A DNA stretch of 64,000 nt, taken from assembly GCF_018977255.1 (NCBI RefSeq), contig NW_024704742.1, positions 131,566,001 to 131,630,000 on the forward strand. The letters are read 5' to 3'. The notes under the pieces are model-generated. The model was given only the letters and a program-made list of their open reading frames with translations. It was not told the origin of the DNA and did not search any database. This DNA is from Callorhinchus milii. Taxonomy: Eukaryota. The translations under genes and the position numbers were made by a program. This document shows positions 1 through 11,027 of the stretch, one piece after another (positions within the stretch are counted from its first letter, which is position 1; each line of letters opens with the position of its first letter).

Positions 1-27
1 TCCTGGCCAACTTTTGTTTTGGTCTGC

Positions 28-178
28 AGGTAGTCTGACAAATGCAAAACCGATCACCATGCTTAAGAGGATCCAAAACAAACTGAGAGTTGCATGGACC
101 CCACCTATATATGTTGGAATGGAATGCACACTCTTTCCATAGAGGGATGTATTCTGTTTACCTAATTCCAGAACGTAT
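28..178 (+). repeat. Unclassified interspersed repeat, copy 1 (related copies ~333-448 +, ~16450-16572 -, ~33765-33895 +, ~59755-59965 +)
   Basis: Shared ordered motifs GTCTGACA..., AAAC(C/A)A(A/G)ACTGAGA(A/G)TT(G/C)CATG, GGAATGGAAT...GAGGGA...CTG(C/T)TTACCTAATT seen at these loci (some copies partial). Confidence 0.65.
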
Positions 179-831
179 AAGGAGCAGGTGACATGGCCAA
201 CAATTCCCCCCCAAATAAAATTAGTCATTCACTTCATGGCTGGTTCCTGTGCACAAATCGCCTGCTGTGTTTACATCTAAACATACAGAGTCACTACATG
301 TTACAGTAAAATCCTGTGAAGCGCTTTGAGACAAAACAGACTGAGAGTTCCACATGTGTACGTTACCTACATATGGAAATTTCCCCTGAGTCTGGAATGG
401 AATATGCACTCTCTCAGGAGGGACATACCCTGCTTACCTAATTTATCCAAAATATTCATCCAGCACCTTGTTTCAAATGAACTGATCTTTCATTTGAAGC
501 TGTTGAATGGTAAAAAAACATACATTTAAGCTGTTAAACTCTATACTCATTTATACTTCAAAATAGGTTCCTGACACAGCTGCCACAATTAGCGATAACA
601 AATTAAGAAATTATAAAATTAGATGCAATTTTGGGAGTATAAATAAGGATGATTAGAAAGTAATCTATTACACTTTCATACTGACATGTGCTATCTTTGT
701 AAAACCTGGAGAGTGTAATTATCCTGCGAATCCGCAGCACATACTAATGACTATGCTAATGGCACATAATTTTGAGCTAATTCCAAATTAGGTTGGTTTA
801 GAGCACAAGGATATTTCCAGCAACTTACAAA

Positions 832-1018
832 GGCCCCAAAATTCCATGCAGTCTCAGCCTGCGGAACCATCTAAAGATTTTGTGACAAATTTTGAAAACT
901 CGAATCTTAATTTGGAATCCGCCTTCCAAATTAAGACACAATTAAGAATTTTCTGCAGTGTTAAGTCTGATGGCAAAATGGTCCTGCAGGCAAAGAACAG
1001 GTGGAATTTCAAGTCTCC
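832..1018. mobile_element. Degenerate palindromic MITE-like element
   Basis: Perfect 13-bp stem TCTTAATTTGGAA (905-917)/TTCCAAATTAAGA (924-936); outer arms AAATTCCATGCAGTCTCAGCCTGCGGAACCAT vs reverse complement AAATTCCACCTGTTCTTTGCCTGCAGGACCAT. Confidence 0.55.
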
Positions 1019-1169
1019 GATCTGAAAATGTGAAACCTATTTTTGGAAGAATGTAGTTGTTGGAATAGAATAATTGTTACATTTCACCCCTAACCTTCCC
1101 CGTTATGTTATTTGGGGTTTGCATATTTCCTTTAATAACTCAGCAATGTGTTAGTCTTTTTAAGGAGTG

Positions 1170-1482
1170 TAGAATCCGGCCTGCTGCAGCCTGCTCCACG
1201 TCCTCCGACCGGTCCATTCCACTATCGGCAATCTAGCCTTCAGCCTCTCTGCCACCATCCTGTGAAACTCCATCCTACAATCCCTTCACCTTGCTCACTC
1301 CCTTGCCTCTTTCAAGGCATTTCTCAAGACCCACTTCTTTGACCGCACCTTCAATCACCCTCTTACCACTATAATCCACCTCTCCTGATCCCAACCTCCT
1401 GCTCGGGTCCAAATCCCTGACTGTCCAGCACATTGGGACATACTCCTAACGTGAATAGTGCTATATAAATGTAAGTATTTTG
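1170..1482 (+). mobile_element. L2 LINE 3' fragment
   Basis: Matches other L2 3' ends in the window (..TTCAAGGC..CTCAAGACCC..GCTCGGGTCC..GGGACA..CGTGAA..CTATATAAATG). Confidence 0.75.
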
Positions 1483-1627
1483 TAGAATTGGAAAGCGTGA
1501 TCACTGATTGTGGCATGGATAGAAAAGGGGAGGCATGGATAGACAGGGGAGGTGCAGCAAACCTGAGTTAGCCAAGCAAAAGGGGTGAGTAGGGTTGGAG
1601 GAGATGCAAAGAGCATGACTGATGTAA

Positions 1628-1911
1628 ATGATAATAATAATAATCCTTACGTTTGATATAGCGCTTTTCACGTCGGGAGGACGTCCCAAAGCGCTGCACA
1701 GAACACACTGTAAAGTGAATTGACTGTATATTTGTGGGCGAACGCGGCGTCCCACAAACAGTCGTAGATTGAAAATGACCAATTTTATTATTGTTTTTGG
1801 TTTTGGAGGGATTATTATCAGGCTCTGTGTGGAGTAAGGAAACTTGCCCAAGGTTTCACCCTGACTGGAATTGAACTCAGGTCTCTCGCTTGCAAAGCGA
1901 GTGCTCTAACC
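1628..1911 (-). mobile_element. tRNA-Ala-derived SINE, short form with L2-matched tail; 5' end clipped
   Basis: tRNA head with TGC anticodon loop and B box, GGGCAAGTTTCCTTACTCCAC body, (ATT)n tail; closely similar to 34620-34943 apart from an internal deletion. Confidence 0.9.
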
Positions 1912-3164
1912 ATGATAGTTCTGTACCATTATCGGTGTCCTGGACAAGTGACAGTAAGTGTACTGCTTGTGAGAGCACTGAACTCACATCTGCAACAGCA
2001 CCAGGGATCACCTATACAGAGCTTTCAGACAGACACACAGGTAGCCAACCTCTGCCTAACTTGCAGCTCTACAGGCTATGCAACCATCTGCCATTGGTGC
2101 TCCTTCAATTGGGGATCACATAATAGGACACTTACACATCAAGCAAAGAGAAATCATAACACACAAGGGAGAGATGCAGGGACGCATGACAATAAACACA
2201 TTCAACACGGAAATTGCACTTCTAAGGAAATCGTGGTTGATTTGGCACAGAGACTTGCCCTGCAATGTATTTTATTTGTGACTACCACAGGATTGCTGTG
2301 GCAAAGTTAAAGCAAACTTAAAATACAACTTACGCAGCAAACTGGAAAAATGCTTTAGGAATAACAACACTCTGACTGGCCATATGTCCTTAATAAAAAA
2401 AGAGCCCAGTTGAATAAGTTGTTGGGGGGAAAAAACACTTGATAAGCTCCCTGGCCTCTCTCTCCCTTTCCTGCATCTGCAATCAGATGGTCAACAATAG
2501 CTCTCCATCTCAACAATCATGTTCTATAGTACTTTTGTGCTGTTAAAATGTTGCCTTCCTTCATTTAACTCCTGCTTAGTGAAACTTGGGCTACACAATT
2601 TCTTGTCAACATCCTTTCTCAGTCTAGGCTGACACTCCAGCACAGTGCTGGGGGAGCATTGGATTGTCAGAGGTGCCATCTGCATGTTCAGGTGAACGTT
2701 AAATATGCCATGACACTACCAATCCACTCTCACCCCAACAATCCCCCAGATAAATTTAGTCATTCACTTCATGGCTCCTTGTGTGACATTCCTGTGCACC
2801 AATCGGCTGCTGCATTTGTCCACAAACGCACAGACATGATACATTAGAATAATTCCTTTGAAGCACTTTGAGGCATATCAATGATGTAATAAGGAGCTAC
2901 GTCCAATGCAAGGATTATTATATTATATACTATCTTCTGGATTTATTGTTAAAAACATTTTTGACCATTTTGGTGAACAAAAGATATCATACAATAGAAT
3001 CATAGAATGTTACATCACAGTCACAGACCATTCAGCCGATCAATGCTGCCTTTGGTATTTTTCTCCACTTGAGATTGCTAGTAAAATCCCACTCTCTTGC
3101 TTGCTCCCCATGCCCATTAATATCACTTTTCTTCAAGCATCTAATTGCTTTTCAAAACGTGTGT

Positions 3165-3562
3165 CGTCAGCCTTGCTCAGTTGGTACCACTCTCACCTCT
3201 GGGTCAGCATATTGTGGGTTCAACTCCCGTGTATATGTAAACTGACATATGAGTGCAGTTCTGGGGGAGGGCTGTGTTGTTAGATGTGCCATCTTTTGGT
3301 TAGGACATTAAACTGACATTCAGTCTACTTACTCAGGTGGACGTTAAATATCCCATGGCATTATTCAAAAAGAAAAGGGAGTTTCTCCCCATGTACTGGG
3401 TAACAATCCCCCAAAATACAGGGCTGTTTGTGGGAAATTCCTACGTGGCAATTGGCTGCCATATTTGCCTACAAAATACAGTTGATAGTATATCCTATGA
3501 AGTACTTTAGACAACCTACTGATGTGAAAGGCACTATATTTGAATGTAAGGATTTTTTTTAT
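3165..3562 (+). mobile_element. Deu-domain tRNA SINE (SacSINE1/DeuSINE-like)
   Basis: GCTCAGTTGGTA head, CAGGTGGACGTTAAATATCCCATGGCA and AATTGGCTGCC Deu-core motifs, L2-type tail. Confidence 0.8.
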
Positions 3563-6419
3563 TATTTGTACCATAAATTGAAGGAAGAAAAATTATTTTC
3601 CTTTTTTAATTCTCAGTAACTAGAGAATATCAATTTAAGAGTACCTAAATAAGCAAATGGGGAGGTTAGGAGAATTTCTTTCACTCACAGAGTAGTTAAC
3701 GATATGGAATTCCATGTTGGGAGCGGTGGTTCAAGCAGAATCCATATTGGCCTTCAAAATACTTGAAAAATAATCAGCTACAGGGCTATGGGAATGAGCA
3801 GGGAAATGGGACTGAAAGAATTGCTGTTTAAAAGAGCTGGCACAGACATGATGTGCCATAAATTTTTATATGGTTCTTGTTAGCGCTAAAACCCAATATT
3901 ATACTCTTTGACACGATTGCTAAATCCCTTCAAAATAAATTAAATACATAAAATAATAAGTTTACTCAATCCACGACTGTTTGTGGGACATTGCTGTGTG
4001 CAATTGGCTGCCGCGTTGCACCCACAAAACATACAATCTATTCACTTTACAGTATATTCTGTGAAGTGCTTTGAGATGTCTCGAAGAAGGCACTATATAA
4101 GGCACTGTAAGGGTTATTTTTTTATTATTATTATTATTTGAGACCTCAGAAGTGGGTCCCTAAATGGTGTATAATGTGTGTGTCAGTTTGGCTGAATTGT
4201 TAGCGCTGGATTAGATACAGGTGTGGGGACACATTGGGGACTGGGCCCACAACTATGCTGACACTTCAGTGCAGTGTTGGGGGACAAGTGTTTTCAGATG
4301 TGCTGTTCATCACATGAGATGCTAAACCAAGGTCCTGTCTGCCTTTTTAGGTGTGCACTGAATATACCATTACACTATTTATCAAGAGAAAGGCGTTTCT
4401 CCCAGTGTCCTATAAAGAATCTTTCAAAAATATTTGGTTTGGTCAGTAGCAGTATCATAGCCGATGATATCTAACCAAGGTGCAATTATTGCTGATTAAG
4501 TAACCTCTCGGAGGCTATGCTGCGTCACGTGTGCTATATAATTGCAAGTTGTCATTATTATTGAAAACTTTTCCCAATTTGTTGTTGGTCTTTTGCCTCT
4601 TGGCAGGACGTTGAGTTGTAAGTTTGGTGACAGATAGACAGCCACTTAACAGCAATTGCTTTGTGATGTTTCACTGTTACGGACACCATACAAGATGCAA
4701 AAGTTATTGGTGAGATCATAATGTTAGCTTGCAAGGATTAACGTCTAATTCCTGCCCACGACACTTTGCTAACAAGATTGGATCAAATGAAGGTTATGGC
4801 ACCTCAAAATGCAGGACCATTGTGTACTTTTTAGCTTGTTTCGAGAGATAGCAGGGTCCATTATGCAACTTGTGTAAATGAGTAACTCTGGGACATTACT
4901 GCGCGTAAAGCTGGCTGCAGTATTCATCTACTAAAAAAACACATTCACTACACAACAAAGTAAAAGACTGTGAAGCACTTTGAGGCATTTCGAAGACCTA
5001 ATAAGGTGCTACATCAAATGCAGGATTATTATTATTGTTGTTATTCCACAGGAAGACAAATGCCAGTATTTCAGCCCAGGTTTGAGGATCCATCTTAAAC
5101 TTCCAGGAAACAAATCCCTCCCGACAACACCACCAGGGAACGGATGGAGTGGGACGCTGCGGAAAGACTGTCAGAAAAAATAACAACAAAGCAGCCTTGC
5201 CAGTTTCCAGTCACTCCGTCCTGCCAAACCTGAAGTGACAGCTTACAAAGTACCTCTAAATACCATTGCGTATGTGCTGAAGGAATACAAACTAGCAAAC
5301 CATCGCTCGTTATGTGTGCAGTGCCATTTTCTTAAAGAGAATGGCTCAAACATTCAAACGTTTCTACATAATTCACATTCTTGATCAGAAAGAACCCAAG
5401 GCGTGAAATTTTGCCTGGGCTTAGCCTGAGTGACCACTTTGGCCTTAAAATTTAAGATTTAAAATTTAGGAATTGTGGAAAACATTCAATTTTAAACTTT
5501 GGAAACTGATTTTTTTAATAAAAGGAATGCGGAAACAACAACTTCCAAATTAAGGGCCAATATAAGAATCCCACAATTTTACATGATCTAAATCCTAAGA
5601 TAAAATGATAAGTTAGGCTGAGCTTGGAGTTCTGCAGAGTTGAGATGCATGAAGACAGAATGTACTGTATATGAATTGTGCTCTCCATTGCACCACTCAA
5701 TTCAACAGCCATCCTTAAAGACGTATCTTACTTTGCATTCTCAATCAGAATCACAACAGTTTGCTAATGCCGCATTTAATCAGCTTAACCTCCACAACTT
5801 GCTATTTCGAACACTGACTGGCAAGTCTTTCACTGCTTGTCCAGCTAGGATCACCTTACCCATTAAGTTTTGATTTCCTAGTTAACAGGAGTCAAGTGGG
5901 AAGAATACCAGTGAACGTGACTGGTCTTTTCCTACCAAGTCCTGCTGATGAGCCAGGCTGGCTAGTCCATAACCAGCGACTTGGAGCACTCTGGAGAAAC
6001 TTGACTGAGGAATTAGCGTACCAAGACTGCTGCAGAGAATCAACTTGATTCCAATCTTTCATTGCCAGGCATGAAACCGTGTAGCCAACTCAGCCCCAAA
6101 GGCAACCTAATTACCTCCCACCCCAAAGAGATTTCCATTAGCATTTACTGTTTGGGACTTGTATCTTTATGAAAACCTGCTACTATGATTCACTCCAAAT
6201 AAGAGTCCAATTTTAAGAGTATAAGCTTTGTGCTCAGTTGGAACGAGCCAGGTCTGATACCATATAATGACCCAGGGCAACTCAATTAAGTTTTCAGAAT
6301 GACCACTGAGTTAAGGGACTACAGACCATCTGTGGTCTATTAGGCTATTTCAATGCTAAGAAATGAGTGTCATGCTTAATTGCTTTTTGGAAATAGGAGT
6401 CTGGATCTCCTATTCTGGA

Positions 6420-6630
6420 TCTGGAATCACTGCCTAAAAGGATGGTAGAAGCAGATTCACTTACAGTTCTAAAGAGGGAATTGGATGTTTATTTGAAAAA
6501 GAAAAAAAATGCAAAGCTATGTGGTAAGAGGTGGAGTGTGGGACTAATTGGATAGCTCTTTCAAAGAGCTGGCACAGGTCTGATGGGACGAATAGCCTCC
6601 TTCTGTGCTGTAAGATTGTAGGATTCTATA
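6420..6630 (+). mobile_element. CR1 LINE 3' fragment
   Basis: CTGGAATCACTGCC..GGTAGAAGCAG..CAAAGAGCTGGCACAG..GAATAGCCTCCTTCTGTGCTG..ATTCTAT, as at 57900-58117. Confidence 0.8.
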
Positions 6631-6877
6631 AGACCTAGTTTTAGTTGTGGTGGGTAATGAGAAACAGCTCTGTGACTTCTATTGGTAAATTTTAAGCTTC
6701 TGTTTGAAGCTTCGAAAGATGAGAATCTATCACAGGTCCTGCTCAATAATCTCCCAAATAAAATTGGTCATTTACTTAATGGCTGTTTGTGGGATGCTGC
6801 TGTTTGCAAAGTGGTCCACAAAAATGTGGAAACCTTGTGGAAGGGGCTATACAAATGTAATTTGTTGTTTTTATTGT

Positions 6878-7203
6878 TGTGGAGTCCCTTAGCATAGTGG
6901 TTAACATGCTTGCATCATAAATGAGAGGACCCAGGTTTGATTCCTGGATGGGGAAAAACCTTAGGCAAGTTTCCTTACTCCACACACCTTTGTTTACCTA
7001 GCAGCAGATAGGAACCTGGCTGTTAGTTGATTGGCAGATCATTTTCTGGGGGTAAAACTCCCTTATTTAATAAAACAAATTGGCTGCCATGTTTTGCCCA
7101 CAAAATACAATCAATCCACTTTACGATATGATCTGTGAAGTGCTCTGAGACGTCACAGTGATGTGATAAAGTGCTATATTAAATGCAAGGATTATTATTA
7201 TTA
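6878..7203 (+). mobile_element. tRNA-Ala-derived SINE, long form
   Basis: GTGGAGTCC head, extra block TGTTTACCTAGCAGCAGATAGGAACCTGG, tail GCAAGGATTATTATT. Confidence 0.85.
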
Positions 7204-10200
7204 AATGCTGTCACAGCACTTTACAGTAAATCCTATGAACTGCTTTGAGATGTCCTCTTGATGTAAGAGGTGCTATAATAAGTGTAAGGATTATTATTTA
7301 ACTTCTGTTGAGCGTTGAGCTCTGTGGGAAAATCAGCATTTGAGCAAAATTGTTCTCATGTGGGTTTGTTAGATTTTCATTTATATTTCACTTTTGGCAA
7401 CTGTTTTTAAGTATCTTTTAACTGCTGCAGTATATTTCCTCTAGGAATGATTGAATCTCAGCTCGTCTTCTTACCTCCGAGCAGGATAATATCTGATAGA
7501 GTGGCCGCCATCACTGATACGCCATCATTGTACAAGTGCAGTAGGATAATCAGAATGTGACATTGTGCTTCCTTCTTGTCTGCCAACTGAATCGAGCCAC
7601 CCTTCAAACCACTACTCCACCAAAGCCAATGACTCCACTCAGGGGTCCTGACCCCTACTAATCAGCACCTTGGGACATCCTCCCAACGTGAAAGGTGCTC
7701 TATAAATGTAATATTGTTGTTGTTTTTGACCTCAGCTGTAATCGAGTCAGATTCACCTCACAATTCAGGTAAATAATCTACTTTTTATAGTGTCTTATTA
7801 TGTTCAAATGCCTCAAACAACAACCACAACAAATTGCATTTATATTGTGCCTTTCACGTTAGAAAGACATCACAAAGCACTAAGCTTGTTACAGCAATCA
7901 TTGTCCATTCTAGGGACTATACAGACAAATACAGGAGCCAGTTAAACCTTAGCAATGCCCCATAAATGGCTGACTGTATATAGGGGATTGTTGGCCAGGA
8001 CACTGAGAGAAACTCCGTTCTCTTTTCACGTATGGGATCTTTACTGTTGTTTACGGACAGGTAGATAGTGCCTTAGTTTAATGTCTCATCGAAAGGTTAG
8101 TTGCTTTGACAATGCTGTACTCCCCAGCAATTTTGTGCAGTGTCAGTCTGAGATATGAGCTTAAATCATGGATGTTGGGAGAAATTCTTTTCTCTTGTGA
8201 TCTTTACCATTCACCTGAACAGGCAGAAAAAACCTTGACATCTCATTTGTCTCTCTCCCCCACCCCACCTCCCCAGCATTGCATTGGCATCAGTATAGAC
8301 AAGCTCAAAGTCCCAAGGTGAGGCTTGAACTCACAAGCTTCTGACCCAGAGTGAGAATGAAAAGCAAATGTAGTATGTAAGTGATGAATGCAGCACAGTA
8401 ATTGTCCTAAAGAATGGCTTGGGTGAGGGATATGACTGGTGTTTTTGGCCTATGAATATATCTGGAGTAATTTGCTAAAGGAATGGAGGGTCTATCTCAA
8501 GCTATTCTCAAGCAAGGGTTAACTAATGACCTTTAAATTGTTTCTAAAGTTAGAACAAGTTGCCTCATTTTTTAAACCTAATTGTAAAAACTTTGGGCCG
8601 TTGGCCTTTTTTTCTCGCAGTGACTGTCTTGACCTTTTACCACTGGAAAGATTAATAGGATGCATTGAGAAAGCTTGATATTTAGTGGTTTGGTACAAGT
8701 ATGATTGCAGTGTGTGTGTGTTTGTGGGCTTATCAAACTGAGGAATGGATCACCCGTGCTTTAAAATTAAATATTTATCGTCTGCATGCTAGTACTGTAA
8801 TGTGGTAGGCACTGTTAGTTCAGATGTGTTAAATAAATCTGTTCCTGTATTGCACTGGTTATGTTTTTGTGAGATACTTATCATGAAGGCAAATGCTAAG
8901 GACAACTATTGATGGTTTAGGGAGTCCTTCCTAGGTAGTGTTAAAGGACCTCAACCCTTTCAGACTATTGCAATTGAGTGGATATACAGGTCTTGCCCCA
9001 AGTCACAACCCCAACTCCAACCTTAAAATGCGAGATTTGCAAAAGGATGTGTAAATAACGATTCCCAAGTGAATTGAGGCCAGTCTCAAGAAATCTGCAC
9101 GGCATGAACGTTGGAATTGAAATACCCTTAGTAAGCTCTTTACAATCATCAAAATCAATTCTTATGGAACTGTAAGCTGATGGTCTGAGTTGACACTCCA
9201 ATGCTGTGTTGGGAAAGGGTTGGTTGTTAAAGGTGCGGTCCTTCAATTGAGATGTTAAACCGAGGTCCTGTCCGCCTGTTCAGGTGGACGTAAAAGATCC
9301 ATTGGCTCTAATTTAAGAGAAGGGAATTTCTCTAGAAGTCCTGGTCAACAATTCCTCATATAGAATTAATCATTCACTTCATATCTGCTTGTGGGACATT
9401 GCTGTGCGCAGGTTGGCTGTTCCATTTGCCTACAAAATACAGTCACTATACTGTGCAGAAACTTTCATATGTTATCGGCTCTGTAACTAATGCAAGGGTT
9501 ATTATTGTTATTATACCAGAACTGAAGACAGTTTGATGTGAGGAGTGGGGTGGGGGGGGGGGGTTTGGAATGGAGATTGAAACAGTCTAAACTAATTACT
9601 GTGACCTATGGCTGGGTTCCAACCCAGGCTCCCCGAGGCAAACAAAGAATCTTTTACAATTCCGTTTTTGTTTTGTTCTTTTGACAACACCCAATTTGTC
9701 CATTTTTTTTCCATTTTTTTAATACAGAGTTTTTTTAAAAGAGTCCTGAATAATTCCAGGAAATCTGTTTAACAGAATGAAAATTGCAGTTCAGCCATAC
9801 ATCTGGTAGGATAGAATACAAAGGGTGCATGTAGCAATTTATTTAGAGTTCAAAATTCTATAAATCTAATCTAATTACACAGTTATGAAGTACATGGGAA
9901 GTAAAACTGACTGTGTTAAAGCACACAATAAGTACGCCTTGGTAGAATAGAATGACAATCAGTTTTTTATGCCTGGAAATATTCACAATTTTGCTGTTGT
10001 CAACTGTTTCAGTGATTTTAATTTTCGATGGTAAGCACAACTCTCATATAACATTGTCAGAAATGGAATACACTCAAGCCCATTGAATATTAAAGCAGTA
10101 AGGAAATGAATGGCAAAACAAATTTCTTTGAATTTCATGCTGTTATTACCAAACAACCAATTAAATATATTTCATTCTATCAAACTGCAGTCGTGCTGAC

Positions 10201-10538
10201 CTGAAAATTGCAAAAATTAATAGAGCATATGATAATTATGTTTGCATGAAGCCAAAATTATTTTTTTAAACTGCTGCAGCTAGTCAAAATGTTGATTATA
10301 TTCAACTATATATTTGTTATTTTTCTGTGTGTGCATTATGGCAGTATTGGGAAAGTAAAGTCCCCCAATACTTTGGCCACTGTGTCATCCGCAATGAAAG
10401 TTATTGCACAAGACAGTCAAAGGGCATTTGCTGCCCTTTGATCTGAGCTTCACATCTCCAGGGCTTCAAAGCAGTGCAGAGGAGAAAAATGAGGATGGTC
10501 TCCATTGTTACTGGAGTGAGCTATGAGGAACAATTAGA

Positions 10539-10848
10539 TAATAATAATAATCCTTGCATTTGATATAGTGTCTTATCACATCTTCTAGACTTCTCAAAGT
10601 GCTTCACAGAATATATTGTAAAGTGAACTGACTATATTTTGTGGGAGAAACACGGCAGCCAATTGCACACAACAGTATCCCACAAACAGTCGTAGATTGA
10701 AGTGACCAAATTATTTTTTTTCTTGAGGGATTATTATCAGGCGTATGGAGTAAGGAAACTTGTCCAAGATTTCACCCTACCGGGAATCGAACACAGGTCG
10801 TCTCGCTTGTGAGACGAGTGCTCTAACCACTGAGCTACAGAACTCCAC
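10539..10848 (-). mobile_element. tRNA-Ala-derived SINE, short form
   Basis: Full head-to-tail match to family copies. Confidence 0.9.
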
Positions 10849-10907
10849 GCTAGCTACAGGACTCCACTCGAGCTACAGGATGCCACGCGAGCTACAGAAC
10901 TCCACAC
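10832..10907. repeat. 4 x 19-bp tandem repeat derived from the SINE 5' end
   Basis: GAGCTACAGAACTCCACGC / TAGCTACAGGACTCCACTC / GAGCTACAGGATGCCACGC / GAGCTACAGAACTCCACAC. Confidence 0.9.
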
Positions 10908-11027
10908 TAAAAGAGAGCTTTGTCTTAGAGGGGATCTTGCACCTCCGTACCTCTCTTAACTGCTTACTCCCCAACCCACTTCCCAATGCCACCGCTCGAC
11001 TGGCTCCGGGCTCCAGCTTGTCCCTCA

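Noticed and set aside
1890..2310. 132-aa and overlapping ORFs
   Set aside because: No recognisable domain, begins at a SINE edge, and the length is compatible with chance
4998..5189. Minus-strand coding exon after TTTTTTCTGACAG
   Set aside because: Unrecognised peptide, no donor, and it runs into a SINE tail
5944..6003. Canonical hammerhead from CTGATGA...GAAAC
   Set aside because: The cleavage triplet would be GUG, and stems I and II do not abut the core
10832..10907. CRISPR-like array
   Set aside because: Tandem units without spacers, derived from a SINE, in a eukaryotic context
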